This document shows, one piece after another, positions 12,122-21,615 of a stretch of DNA of 64,000 nt. Below the pieces are notes generated by a model. It saw only the letters and a list, made by a program, of their open reading frames with translations. It ran no database searches and was not told the DNA's origin. Numbering within the stretch: the first letter of the stretch is position 1; each line of letters begins with the position of its first letter. Made by a program: the position numbers and the translations under genes. The stretch lies in NCBI RefSeq assembly GCF_036261875.1, contig NZ_DATAJZ010000020.1, positions 14,299 to 78,298 on the forward strand, in the 5' to 3' direction. Source of the stretch: Sphingopyxis sp. Its GTDB lineage: Bacteria > Pseudomonadota > Alphaproteobacteria > Sphingomonadales > Sphingomonadaceae.

Positions 12122-13059
12122 GCAGCACGCGGATCAAGCGCGGCAAGGCGCCTCCGCGCCGCCCCGCGCGCGCGCCGAAGAAGCGGCGGAAAATCCAGAA
12201 GTCGCGGCTGAACGCGGTGATCAACGCGTTGCCGGTCAGCCCGGCGACGCTGCAGCGCGCCGCGAACTGGACGATCGGCATCGGTCTGGCCGCCGCGGTC
12301 GCGCTCGCCGCCCACGCGACGGGGGTTACCGCGAAGATCCACGAGGAATATGCGCAGGCGGTCGGCCGCGCGGGCTTTCAGGTCAAGAAGGTCGAGGTCG
12401 TCGGCGCCGACCGCATCGACCGGCTCAAGGTCTATGACATCGCGCTCGCGCAGAAGGACCGCTCCATGGCGGCGGTCGATCTCGAGGATGTCCGCCACGA
12501 CCTGATGCAATATGGCTGGATCAAGGATGCGCGCGTCTCGCGCCGCCTGCCCGACACGCTGGTCGTCGATATCGTCGAGCGCACTCCGGCGGCGATCTGG
12601 CAGCATAATAATCGCCTGTCGCTGATCGACGCGAAGGGCGTCGTGCTCGAACCCGTCAGCGTCGCGACGATGCCCGACCTGCCGCTCGTCATCGGCCCGC
12701 ACGCGAACCGCCGTGCGCAGGATCTCGACCGGCTGCTGGCCGAGGCGAGCTCCCTGAAGGAATTGCTCGCGGGTGCGACCTGGGTCGGCAACCGCCGCTG
12801 GGATTTGCGCTTCCGCAGCGGCGAGACGCTGTCGCTTCCCGAGGGCGAGGTCGAGGCGAAGGCGGCGCTCGCCAAATTCGCGCATATGGACGGCGCCAAC
12901 CGGCTGCTCGGCCGCGGCATCTTGCGCTTCGACATGCGCGATCCAACGCGTTTCGTGCTGCGCCTGCCGCACGAGGGGCAGGTGGCGCCCGCGAAGCTCG
13001 ACGATGCGCATGATGCGGCCGATGCTGTTGCCGCCGCCGCTTCGGCGGAGAAGGGATAA
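12118..13059 (+). CDS. ftsQ: Cell division protein FtsQ
   Basis: ATGA overlap with ddl. Basic N-terminus, one TM segment and a POTRA-like region (VKKVEVVGADRI). Position between ddl and ftsA. Confidence 0.8.
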   Translation: MSSTRIKRGKAPPRRPARAPKKRRKIQKSRLNAVINALPVSPATLQRAANWTIGIGLAAAVALAAHATGVTAKIHEEYAQAVGRAGFQVKKVEVVGADRIDRLKVYDIALAQKDRSMAAVDLEDVRHDLMQYGWIKDARVSRRLPDTLVVDIVERTPAAIWQHNNRLSLIDAKGVVLEPVSVATMPDLPLVIGPHANRRAQDLDRLLAEASSLKELLAGATWVGNRRWDLRFRSGETLSLPEGEVEAKAALAKFAHMDGANRLLGRGILRFDMRDPTRFVLRLPHEGQVAPAKLDDAHDAADAVAAAASAEKG

Positions 13060-13062
13060 GCC

Positions 13063-14319
13063 ATGGCGCCGCCCCGCATCGAAAAGATCATCACCGCGCT
13101 CGACGTCGGGTCGTGGAAGGTCTGCGCGCTGATCGCGGGGCAGACCGCCGACGGCCAGCTCCATGTCCTCGGCACCGGCCAGCGCGAGAGCCGCGGCGTC
13201 CAGCGCGGCTATGTCGCCGACATGGAGCAGACCGAACATGTCGTGCGCGAGGCGATCGAGCAGGCCGAGCGGATCGCGGGGCTCAACATCGACGACGTCT
13301 GGGTCAGCTTCTCGGCAGGCAGCCTCTTGAGCGACGTCGCGCCGATCGAGAGCGAGCTCGGCGGCCACCGCATCGAGCAGGAGGATATCGACGACCTGCT
13401 CGCCGCGGGCCGCGCCGGGATCGATCCCGAGGGACGAATGATCCTCCATGCCCAGCCAGCGCTTTACACGCTTGACGGGCTGACGGGGGTCAAGAACCCG
13501 ATCGGACTGCACGCCGACCGGCTTGGCGTCGACATTCACATCATCATGGCCGACGGCGCGCCGGTGCGGAACCTCGAGGCGGCGGTGCGGCAGGCGCATC
13601 TCGACGTCAACGCCGTGGTCGCTTCGCCGATCGCCGCCGGGCTCGCCTGCCTGTCGGACGAGGAGCGCGATCTCGGCGTCGCGCTGGTCGAACTGGGCGC
13701 GGCGGTCACCACCGTCTCGCTCTATGCCGGCGGAATGCTCGTCGAGATGGCGTCGCTGCCCTTCGGCGCGAGCGACATCACCGACGACATCGCCTCGGCC
13801 TTCGGCATCCGGCGCAGCCAGGCGCAGCGCCTGCAGAGTTTCTACGGCTCGGCCTCGGCCTCTCCGCGCGACAATAACGAGATCATCGAGCTCGATCCCG
13901 GCGCCCCTGCGGGCAGCGATTCGCCGCGTATCACGCGGGCGCAGCTCGTCGCGGTGATCCGCCAGCGCCTCGACGCGATGATGGGGGACATCGGCCGGAC
14001 GCTGAAAGACCTGCATTTCGTCGGGCCGGTCGGGCGTCAGGTCGTGCTGGTCGGCGGCGGCGCCGACCTGAAAGGGCTCGCCGACTACACGCAAAGCGCG
14101 CTCGGCCGCGCCGCGCGCGTCGGGCGACCGCGCGGTCTGCACGGCCTGCCCGATGCCCATGGCGGTCCGGCTTTCGCGACGCTCGCGGGTCTGGTTCTCT
14201 ATGCTGCGTCGGACCCGGTGGACCTTCGCGATCTGCCGATGATGGCGCAGGATGTGTATCGGCCGAAGAATGCGGGCATCATCAATCGATTGATGGCCGC
14301 TCTCAAAAGCAGTTTTTGA
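13063..14319 (+). CDS. ftsA: Cell division protein FtsA
   Basis: Actin-like ATPase N-terminus ITALDVGSWKVCALIA. Synteny between ftsQ and ftsZ. Confidence 0.9.
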   Translation: MAPPRIEKIITALDVGSWKVCALIAGQTADGQLHVLGTGQRESRGVQRGYVADMEQTEHVVREAIEQAERIAGLNIDDVWVSFSAGSLLSDVAPIESELGGHRIEQEDIDDLLAAGRAGIDPEGRMILHAQPALYTLDGLTGVKNPIGLHADRLGVDIHIIMADGAPVRNLEAAVRQAHLDVNAVVASPIAAGLACLSDEERDLGVALVELGAAVTTVSLYAGGMLVEMASLPFGASDITDDIASAFGIRRSQAQRLQSFYGSASASPRDNNEIIELDPGAPAGSDSPRITRAQLVAVIRQRLDAMMGDIGRTLKDLHFVGPVGRQVVLVGGGADLKGLADYTQSALGRAARVGRPRGLHGLPDAHGGPAFATLAGLVLYAASDPVDLRDLPMMAQDVYRPKNAGIINRLMAALKSSF

Positions 14320-14325
14320 GCGGCG

Positions 14326-14364
14326 GACGTGGGAAAGGTTAATTTTTTGGGTGATTCCCACGTC
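14326..14364 (+). promoter_or_regulatory. ftsA-ftsZ intergenic hairpin with AT-rich loop and a GANTC site
   Basis: 9-bp stems GACGTGGGA/TCCCACGTC flank the loop AGGTTAATTTTTTGGGTGAT. GATTC at 14353-14357. It is the only AT-rich patch in this spacer. Confidence 0.3.
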
Positions 14365-14470
14365 ACAATAGTGCAATGCGGTCACAGAATTCCGGACGGT
14401 GGGACTGACGTCCGGATGGGTCGCAAGGTGAGGGACGCGGCGCAGGTCCGCCGCACAGGGAGATGAGTGG

Positions 14471-15940
14471 ATGAGCATCAATATTGGCCCGCCGCAGGTC
14501 GATGAACTGAAGCCGCGCATCGCGGTGATCGGGGTCGGCGGCGCCGGGGGCAATGCCATCGCCAACATGATCGCCGCTCGCGTCGAGGGCGTCGATTTCA
14601 TCGTCGCGAACACCGACGCGCAGGCGCTGAACGCCTCGCCGGCCGAACGGCGCATCCAGCTGGGGACGCAGATCACCCAGGGGCTGGGCGCGGGTTCGCG
14701 GCCCGAGGTCGGACGCGCGGCGGCCGAGGAAAGCATCGCGCAGGTCGAGGAAGCGCTGAACGGCGCGCATATGTGCTTCGTTGCGGCGGGCATGGGCGGC
14801 GGCACCGGCACCGGCGCGGCGCCGGTGATCGCCAAGGCGGCGCGCGACCGCGGCATCCTGACCGTCGGCGTGGTGACCAAGCCCTTCACCTTCGAGGGGC
14901 AGCGCCGGATGCGGTCGGCGGACTCGGGCATTGCCGAGCTTCAGGACCATGTCGACACGCTGATCGTCATTCCCAATCAGAATCTCTTCCTCGTCGCCAA
15001 CCCGAACACGACCTTCAAGGAAGCGTTCACCATGGCCGACGAAGTGCTCCAGCAGGGCGTCCGCGGCATCACCGACCTGATGGTCATGCCCGGCCTGATC
15101 AACCTCGACTTCGCCGACGTGCGCAGCGTGATGCGCGAAATGGGCAAGGCGATGATGGGTACCGGCGAAGCCGAAGGCGACGGCCGCGCGCTCGAAGCGG
15201 CGCAAAAGGCGATCGCCAACCCGCTGCTCGACGGCGTGTCGATGGCGGGCGCGAAGGGTGTCATCATCTCGATCACCGGCGGTGAGGACATGCGCCTGAT
15301 GGAAGTTGATGAGGCCGCGAACCATATCCGCGAGCTGGTCGATCCCGACGCGAACATCATCTGGGGCAGCGCCTTCAACGACAATCTCGACGGCAAGATT
15401 CGCGTGTCGGTCGTCGCGACCGGCATCGACAGCACCGGCGACACGTCGGTGCAGGCTGCGCCCGCGACGCGCAGCTTCTCGTTCCAGCCCGCGCGCACCG
15501 TCGCACCGGCTCCGGTCGCAGAGGAGCCTGTCGAGGCGGCCGCGCCCGAAACGCCGGTCGAGGCTCCTGTCGAAACCGACAATGACCCGGCCCCCGGCTT
15601 CTCGCTCGGCGACGCGCCGCAGGCCGCAGCGCCCGCCGAAGCCGTTGCCGAGGAAGAGCCGATGGAACTCTCGCAGGTCGCGGCGCGCTACGACGATACC
15701 GCCGACGAACTGGTGCTCAGCGAGCCCGAGGCTCCGACCGGTTATCAGCCTGCTGCTCCGGCTGCCGAAGCGGCTCCGCACGCTGCGCCTGCCGAGGATG
15801 CGCCCGCGCGTTCGCTCGGTGGCGGAACGCTGTTCGAGCGCATGTCGCGCCTGTCGCGCGGTTCGACCGCCGACCGCGAAGAGGACAAGGAGGACGGGGT
15901 CGATATCCCGCGCTTCCTCGGACGCCAGAACAACCAGTAA
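14471..15940 (+). CDS. ftsZ: Cell division GTPase FtsZ
   Basis: Tubulin signature [13 protein letters not shown]. Long acidic/Pro-rich linker and a conserved C-terminal peptide (DIPRFLGRQ). Confidence 0.95.
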   Translation: MSINIGPPQVDELKPRIAVIGVGGAGGNAIANMIAARVEGVDFIVANTDAQALNASPAERRIQLGTQITQGLGAGSRPEVGRAAAEESIAQVEEALNGAHMCFVAAGMGGGTGTGAAPVIAKAARDRGILTVGVVTKPFTFEGQRRMRSADSGIAELQDHVDTLIVIPNQNLFLVANPNTTFKEAFTMADEVLQQGVRGITDLMVMPGLINLDFADVRSVMREMGKAMMGTGEAEGDGRALEAAQKAIANPLLDGVSMAGAKGVIISITGGEDMRLMEVDEAANHIRELVDPDANIIWGSAFNDNLDGKIRVSVVATGIDSTGDTSVQAAPATRSFSFQPARTVAPAPVAEEPVEAAAPETPVEAPVETDNDPAPGFSLGDAPQAAAPAEAVAEEEPMELSQVAARYDDTADELVLSEPEAPTGYQPAAPAAEAAPHAAPAEDAPARSLGGGTLFERMSRLSRGSTADREEDKEDGVDIPRFLGRQNNQ

Positions 15941-16023
15941 CAGGGCAGTAAGCGGCCGTTGCTCCGGGCAAGGCGGGCCTGAAATCGGGATGATCTGACT
16001 TGCCCTTGCGGCCATGGAAAGCG

Positions 16024-17859
16024 ATGCGGCGACACGGTTGGGCCGCCGGACCCGGACGGGCCCGGCGCCTGGCCGCGACGGCGGGCGCGCTGCTGCTGAC
16101 GAGCGCGGTCGTCACGCCCGCGCTCGCCTTTCAGGCAGCGACGCCCGATGCGGCGACGAAAGCGGCGATGGACAAGCGCACCGCGGCGCGAACGCTGCTG
16201 TCGTCGGCGCTCGGGCGGCTGGCGACGAACAGCAATGATGCCGCGGCGCTGCTCGATGCCGGGCGCGCTTCGAACGAGCTCGAGGATTATCGCGCCGCGG
16301 TCGGCTTCCTGACCCGCGCCGAGCAGGCGAGCCCGCGCGATGGCGCGGTCAAGGCGGCGCTTGGGTCGGCGATGGTCCATATGGAAAGCCCGACGCGCGC
16401 GCTCGACTATTTCGGCGAAGCGCAGCTTCTCGGCGCGCCCGAACGCCTGTTTCTCGCCGACCGCGGGCTCGCGCGCGACCTGCTGGGGCAGCAGGATGCG
16501 GCGCAGCGCGACTATCAGCTCGCGCTGTCGATCGCCCCCAATGACGAGGTGACGCGCCGTTATGCGCTCTCACTCGGGATCAGCGGCGAGCCCGACCGCG
16601 CGGTGCAGTTGCTGACCCCGCAGCTTCGCGCGCAGGATCGCGCGGCGTGGCGGCTGCGCGCGATGATCCTGGCGATGAACGGCCGCGATGCCGAGGCGAC
16701 CGAGATTGTCAATGCGACGATGCCCCCGGCGCTCGCGCAGAATATCCTGCCCTATCTGACGCAGATGGACCGGCTCAACCCGGCGCAGCAGGCCGCCGCC
16801 GCGCATTTCGGCCGTTTCCCGAGCGGCGAACTCGGCCCGCGCCGGGGGCCGGTGCAGGTCGCCGCCGCGACGCCGGCTCCGACGCCTCCGCCCGCAGTCA
16901 CAACCGGCAAAAGGGCGGAACGAAGCAAGCCGCCAGCATCGGCCATGCCGAAACCCGCTTCGAAACCGGCGCCGAAACCCGTGCCGGCCGTTTCGCCGGC
17001 GCCGCAACCGGCAGCATCCGCGGTACCCGTTCCAGCGGCAGCTCCGCCCGCGTCGCAGCCTCCCGCCGCGCATAGTCCCGCTCCCTCCGCCGCCGGCAGT
17101 CCGGCGCCGGTTCCCGCAAGGACGGAAATGGCTATCGCCACGCCGCCCGCCCCCGTTTCGTCGGCGCCGGCTTCGTCTGCGCCTGCCCCTTCCACGGCCA
17201 CGTCTGTCGCCCCGATCGGTACCAATCCCGTGCAATCGTCGACACCCGTCGGTCCCGGCTTTTCGATCGCCGACGTCGGACGCCCCGCGCCGGCTCCGGC
17301 GGCGGCTCCCATGACGCCGCCGCCTTCGATCGCCCCGGCGGGAAGCGCGGTGACGCCCGAGGCGCCGCTGGCCTCGCTCGCCGCTATCGCCAGCTCGATC
17401 GAGATTCCGCCCGAGGAACTGGCGCGGCCCGACAATGCGATCGGCGCCGACGTGCTCGCTAGGCTGCGCGAGGACAAGAAGCGCGCCGATGCCGCCGAAG
17501 AGGCGAAGCGCGAGAAGGAAGAGGCAGCCGCCAAGGCGAAAGCCGAAGCCGACGCGAAGGCCAAGGCCGAAGCGGCGGAAAAGAAAGCGAATCCCGCGCG
17601 CATCTGGGTGCAGATCGCGACCGGCGCCAATGCCAAGGCGCTGGCGTTCGACTATGACCGGTTCGCGAAGAAGAACGCGGCGCTGTTCAAGGGAAAATCG
17701 GCCGCAACCACCGAATGGGGCAAGACGCGGCGCCTGCTCGTCGGGCCATTCAAGGATCGCGCGGCGGCGCAGGACTGGCTTGGCGACTACAAGAAGGCGG
17801 GCGGCGACGGCTTCCTGTTCAACAGCGACGCCGGCCAGAGCGTCGACCCGGTCAAATGA
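16024..17859 (+). CDS. TPR-repeat / SPOR-domain protein (probable division-site peptidoglycan binding)
   Basis: ATG 16024 gives a signal peptide ending ALAFQ. TPR-like N-terminal half, about 190-aa Pro/Ala-rich linker, K/E/A-rich stretch, and a C-terminal SPOR-like domain (RIWVQIATGANAKA...LLVGPF). Confidence 0.7.
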   Translation: MRRHGWAAGPGRARRLAATAGALLLTSAVVTPALAFQAATPDAATKAAMDKRTAARTLLSSALGRLATNSNDAAALLDAGRASNELEDYRAAVGFLTRAEQASPRDGAVKAALGSAMVHMESPTRALDYFGEAQLLGAPERLFLADRGLARDLLGQQDAAQRDYQLALSIAPNDEVTRRYALSLGISGEPDRAVQLLTPQLRAQDRAAWRLRAMILAMNGRDAEATEIVNATMPPALAQNILPYLTQMDRLNPAQQAAAAHFGRFPSGELGPRRGPVQVAAATPAPTPPPAVTTGKRAERSKPPASAMPKPASKPAPKPVPAVSPAPQPAASAVPVPAAAPPASQPPAAHSPAPSAAGSPAPVPARTEMAIATPPAPVSSAPASSAPAPSTATSVAPIGTNPVQSSTPVGPGFSIADVGRPAPAPAAAPMTPPPSIAPAGSAVTPEAPLASLAAIASSIEIPPEELARPDNAIGADVLARLREDKKRADAAEEAKREKEEAAAKAKAEADAKAKAEAAEKKANPARIWVQIATGANAKALAFDYDRFAKKNAALFKGKSAATTEWGKTRRLLVGPFKDRAAAQDWLGDYKKAGGDGFLFNSDAGQSVDPVK

Positions 17860-19028
17860 GCGTCGCCGCCTGCGCCAGCAATCCGGCGCAGAGCCGCGGC
17901 CGCCGCCACGAAGAGCCCGGCCGCGTCGTGCGCGGTCCGCGCGACGCCTTTCAGCGCGACCGCGACCGCATCATCCACTCGATCGCCTTTCGCCGCCTGC
18001 GCCACAAGACGCAGGTCTTCGTCGCGCCCGACGGCGATCATTATCGCGTCCGCCTGACCCACAGTATCGAGGTCGCGCAGATCGGCCGCGGCATCGTCCG
18101 CGCGCTCGGCCTCAACGAGGATCTGACCGAAGCGCTCTGCCTCGCGCACGATATCGGCCACCCGCCCTTCGGCCATGCGGGCGAGGATGCGCTGAAGGCC
18201 GCGATGGCGGGTCACGGCGGCTTCGATCATAACGGCCATACGCTGCGGACATTGGCGCGGCTCGAATGTCCCTATCCGCGCTTCGACGGGCTGAATCTCA
18301 GTTGGGAGACGCTGGAGGGGCTCGCCAAGCACAACGGCCCGGTGCGTCGCCCCGGCTGGGCGCTGGCCGAGATCGACGGTGAATTTCCGCTCGACCTTCC
18401 GAGCCACGCCAGCCTCGAGGCGCAGATCGCGGCGGTCGCCGACGACATCGCCTATGACAATCACGACATCGACGACGGGCTGCGCGCGGGGCTGCTGACG
18501 CTCGACCAGTTGATGGGCCAGCCCTTCGTCGCCGCCAATTACCGCGCGGTCGAGGGCCGCTTTCCCGGCGCGCCGCGCGACCGCTTGCTGCGCGAACTGG
18601 TGCGCGACCAGATCGGCGTGATGGTCAACGACGTGATCGCCGCAACCGAAGCGAACGTCGCCGCCGCCGGGGTCGCGAGCGTGGGCGAGGTCCGCGCGGC
18701 GGGCCGCACGCTCGGCGATTTCTCGGACGAACTCGCGAGGGCGGAGCGCGATCTCAAGCGCTTCATGTATGCGAACCTCTATCACCATCCCTCGCAGATC
18801 GAGGCGGCGGCGGGGGCAAAGGAGGTCGTGTCGCGCCTGTTCGGCGCCTATGCGGCCGACCCGCGCCTGATGGGCGAGGATTGGGCGTCGCGCCTGCCCG
18901 AAGGCGACAGCGCGACGGTGCGCCATATCGGCGACTATATCGCCGGGATGACCGACCGCTTTGCGATTGACCGCTTTGCCGAGATTTTCGGACGCGAAGC
19001 GGTGCCAGAGGCGCTGGCGCACGCCTGA
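17856..19028 (+). CDS. dGTP triphosphohydrolase-like HD-domain protein
   Basis: ATGA overlap with the previous stop. Motifs FQRDRDRIIHS, RLTHSIEV and HDIGHPPFGH. Confidence 0.85.
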   Translation: MSVAACASNPAQSRGRRHEEPGRVVRGPRDAFQRDRDRIIHSIAFRRLRHKTQVFVAPDGDHYRVRLTHSIEVAQIGRGIVRALGLNEDLTEALCLAHDIGHPPFGHAGEDALKAAMAGHGGFDHNGHTLRTLARLECPYPRFDGLNLSWETLEGLAKHNGPVRRPGWALAEIDGEFPLDLPSHASLEAQIAAVADDIAYDNHDIDDGLRAGLLTLDQLMGQPFVAANYRAVEGRFPGAPRDRLLRELVRDQIGVMVNDVIAATEANVAAAGVASVGEVRAAGRTLGDFSDELARAERDLKRFMYANLYHHPSQIEAAAGAKEVVSRLFGAYAADPRLMGEDWASRLPEGDSATVRHIGDYIAGMTDRFAIDRFAEIFGREAVPEALAHA

Positions 19029-19097
19029 ACGCCGCGCACTGTGCGCGAAAAATGACCCACATTGCCAACCCCACCCGACGCGGCATAGGATGGTTCC

Positions 19098-19742
19098 ATG
19101 GCGTCACCCGATATCATCCTGATCGGTGCAACCGGCCTTGTCGGCGGCGTTGTGGCACGGTCGGTCGCGGCGACGAGCCTCGTTCGCCGCGCGCCCGATG
19201 ATCCGGATTCGCAACCGGAAATGGTCGTTGCGCCCGGCGAGCAATGGCCCGCGCTCATTGCCGAACGGCGGCCCGCGATCCTCATCTCCTGCCTCGGCAC
19301 CACGATCCGGCAGGCGGGGTCGCAGGCGGCGTTTCGCGCGGTCGATCATGATTTGGTTCTCGCCTGCGCGCGCGCCGCGAAAGAGGCAGGGGTGCGGCAT
19401 ATGATCGCGGTCAGCAGCGTCGGGGCGTCATCGAAAGCCTCCAATTTCTACCTGCGGACCAAGGGTGAGGTCGAGGATGCGCTTCGGGCGCTGGGGTTCG
19501 ATCGGCTCGACCTTCTGCGGCCCGGCCTGTTGACCGGGAACCGCGCGGGGCCGCCGCGGCTGGGCGAGGGCATTGCGATGGTCGCGGCGCCGCTGACCGA
19601 TGCGCTGCTTCACGGATCGCTGCGCCGCTATCGCTCGATTCCCGCCGAAAGGGTCGCGAGGGCGATGGCCCGGCTGACCGGCGAGCGGGCGTCCGGCGTC
19701 TATATCCACGAAAACGACGCGATCCGCGCGCTCGCCGATTGA
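19098..19742 (+). CDS. NAD(P)-binding Rossmann-fold oxidoreductase (atypical SDR-like)
   Basis: N-terminal IILIGATGLVGG dinucleotide-binding motif in a 214-aa ORF. Confidence 0.6.
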   Translation: MASPDIILIGATGLVGGVVARSVAATSLVRRAPDDPDSQPEMVVAPGEQWPALIAERRPAILISCLGTTIRQAGSQAAFRAVDHDLVLACARAAKEAGVRHMIAVSSVGASSKASNFYLRTKGEVEDALRALGFDRLDLLRPGLLTGNRAGPPRLGEGIAMVAAPLTDALLHGSLRRYRSIPAERVARAMARLTGERASGVYIHENDAIRALAD

Positions 19743-19807
19743 CTCCGTAAAAAGGCGACGCCAAGGCTCGGGCGTCTGTCGGGCCTTCTTGCGGAGATTC
19801 GGCCGGC

Positions 19808-20005
19808 CGCGCGGGAGAGCGCGGAGCAGGGCGACCTGCGCCGCCACCGAAGGAGCAACCGCCCCGGAAACTCTCAGGTCAACGGACCGCGCAGGCTGGA
19901 ACGGACACTCTGGAAAGCGTTCCGGCGAAGGTCGTCGGGACCACCGAAGGGGTAACCCTGCGTTCTCGCAGGGGAAAACTCTCAGGTTCCCGTGACAGAG
20001 GGGGC
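19808..20005 (+). promoter_or_regulatory. Tandem glycine riboswitch (two aptamers) upstream of gcvT
   Basis: Aptamer 1: GGGAGAG...CACCGAAGGAGCAA...CTCTCAGGTCAACGGAC. Aptamer 2: CTGGAAAG...CACCGAAGGGGTAA...CTCTCAGGTTCCCGTGACAG. It lies directly 5' of gcvT. Confidence 0.8.
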
Positions 20006-20061
20006 ATGGCGACAGGACGGCATCGGGCCGCGCCTTGCCATGTCAACCGCGGGAGACTGAC

Positions 20062-21195
20062 ATGACCGAAACGGACTTTACGGGCGAAGAAGCGGTTCCC
20101 ACCGCAACGCTGCCGCTCGACGCCTGGCACCGCGCGAAGGGCGGCCGGATGGTCGAATTCGCCGGTTACTGGATGCCGATCCAATATGAAGGCATCATGG
20201 CCGAACATCAGTGGACGCGCGAGAATGCGGGTCTGTTCGACGTCAGTCACATGGGGCAGCTCAGCCTTGAAGGCGAAGGCGCCGTGGAGGCGCTCGAAAC
20301 GCTCGTCCCCGGCGACATCGCGGCGCTCAAGCCCGGCCGCATGCGCTATTCGCTGCTGCTCGGCGAGGATGGCGGCATACTCGACGATCTGATGATCACC
20401 AACGAGGGCGATCAGCTCGGCATCGTCGTCAACGGCGCGGTGAAGTGGGACGATATCGGCTATCTTCGCGAAAATCTTCCTGACGATGTCACGCTCAATC
20501 ATAACGAGGATTATGGCCTGCTCGCGCTCCAGGGGCCGAAGGCGGCTGACGCACTGGCGCGGCTGGTGCCAGAATGCACGGACATGGTGTTCATGCAGGC
20601 CGCGCAGGCGACGTGGAACGACCATGCGATCGCGCTCAGCCGCTCGGGCTATACCGGCGAGGACGGCTTTGAAATCTCGCTCCCGAACGAAGCGCTCGCG
20701 GCCTTTGCCGATGCGCTGTGCGCGATGGAAGACGTGAAGCCGATCGGGCTCGGCGCGCGCGACAGCCTGCGGCTCGAAGCCGGGTTGCCGCTCTATGGCC
20801 ACGACCTCAGCGAAGACACCGATCCGATCGAAGGCGACCTTGGCTTCGCGATCGGCAAGCGCCGCCGCGAAGAAGCGAATTTCCCCGGCGCCGCGCGCAT
20901 TCTCGGCCACCTCGCCGACGGTCCGCCGCGCAAGCGCGTCGGCCTGCTCGTCGATGGCAAACTGCCGGTGCGCGAGGGCGCCAAGCTGTTCGACGGCAAC
21001 ACCGAAATCGGCGTCGTGACCTCGGGCGGCTTTGCTCCCAGCGTCGGCGCGCCGATCGCGATGGGCTATGTGCCGCGCGACCACGCGGCGCCCGGTACCG
21101 CGATCGCTGCCGAGGTTCGCGGCAAGCGCGTGCCGTGCACCGTCGCCGCCATGCCCTTCATTCCCCATCATTATGTCCGCAAACAGGGAGGCTGA
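20062..21195 (+). CDS. gcvT: Glycine cleavage system aminomethyltransferase (T protein)
   Basis: ATG 20062 within track ORF 20035..21195. Motifs MVEFAGYWMPIQY and FDVSHMG. Confidence 0.9.
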   Translation: MTETDFTGEEAVPTATLPLDAWHRAKGGRMVEFAGYWMPIQYEGIMAEHQWTRENAGLFDVSHMGQLSLEGEGAVEALETLVPGDIAALKPGRMRYSLLLGEDGGILDDLMITNEGDQLGIVVNGAVKWDDIGYLRENLPDDVTLNHNEDYGLLALQGPKAADALARLVPECTDMVFMQAAQATWNDHAIALSRSGYTGEDGFEISLPNEALAAFADALCAMEDVKPIGLGARDSLRLEAGLPLYGHDLSEDTDPIEGDLGFAIGKRRREEANFPGAARILGHLADGPPRKRVGLLVDGKLPVREGAKLFDGNTEIGVVTSGGFAPSVGAPIAMGYVPRDHAAPGTAIAAEVRGKRVPCTVAAMPFIPHHYVRKQGG

Positions 21196-21198
21196 CCG

Positions 21199-21570
21199 AT
21201 GCCGCGTTATTATACCGAAGAGCATGAGTGGGTCGATGTCGATGGCGACGTCGCGACGGTCGGCATCACCGACTTTGCGCAGAGCCAGCTCGGCGACATC
21301 GTGTTCGTCGAGGTTCCCGACACCGGCGCCGAACTGGCCGCGGGCGGCGACGCCGCGGTCGTCGAATCGGTCAAGGCCGCCAGCGACGTCTATGCGCCGG
21401 TCGACGGCGTGGTGACCGAGGGCAATGGCCAGCTCGAAGAGGACCCGGCCCTCGTCAACAGCGACCCCGAGGGCGAAGGCTGGTTCTTCCGCATGACGCT
21501 GACCGACAAGAGCCAGCTCGACGGCCTGATGAATGCCGAAGCCTATAAGGCCTTCATCGCCGACCTTTGA
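21199..21570 (+). CDS. gcvH: Glycine cleavage system H protein
   Basis: 123 aa with the lipoyl-lysine motif VESVKAASD. Confidence 0.9.
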   Translation: MPRYYTEEHEWVDVDGDVATVGITDFAQSQLGDIVFVEVPDTGAELAAGGDAAVVESVKAASDVYAPVDGVVTEGNGQLEEDPALVNSDPEGEGWFFRMTLTDKSQLDGLMNAEAYKAFIADL

Positions 21571-21615
21571 CCGCTTTCACCCCTCTCCTGAAGGGGAGGG
21601 GCCTTGGAGGCTTCG

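Noticed and set aside
14335-14365. A full CtrA box (TTAA-N7-TTAA) in the ftsZ upstream region.
   Set aside because: Only a single TTAA half-site is present, and the second half-site is missing. I kept only the hairpin and GANTC observation, at low confidence.
12079-14931. A 950-aa ORF on the minus strand spanning ftsQ, ftsA and the start of ftsZ.
   Set aside because: It is antisense to three genes with unmistakable family signatures. Its composition is Arg/Ala/Pro-rich and low in complexity, which is typical of stop-codon-poor antisense frames in 65% GC DNA. It has no recognisable motifs.
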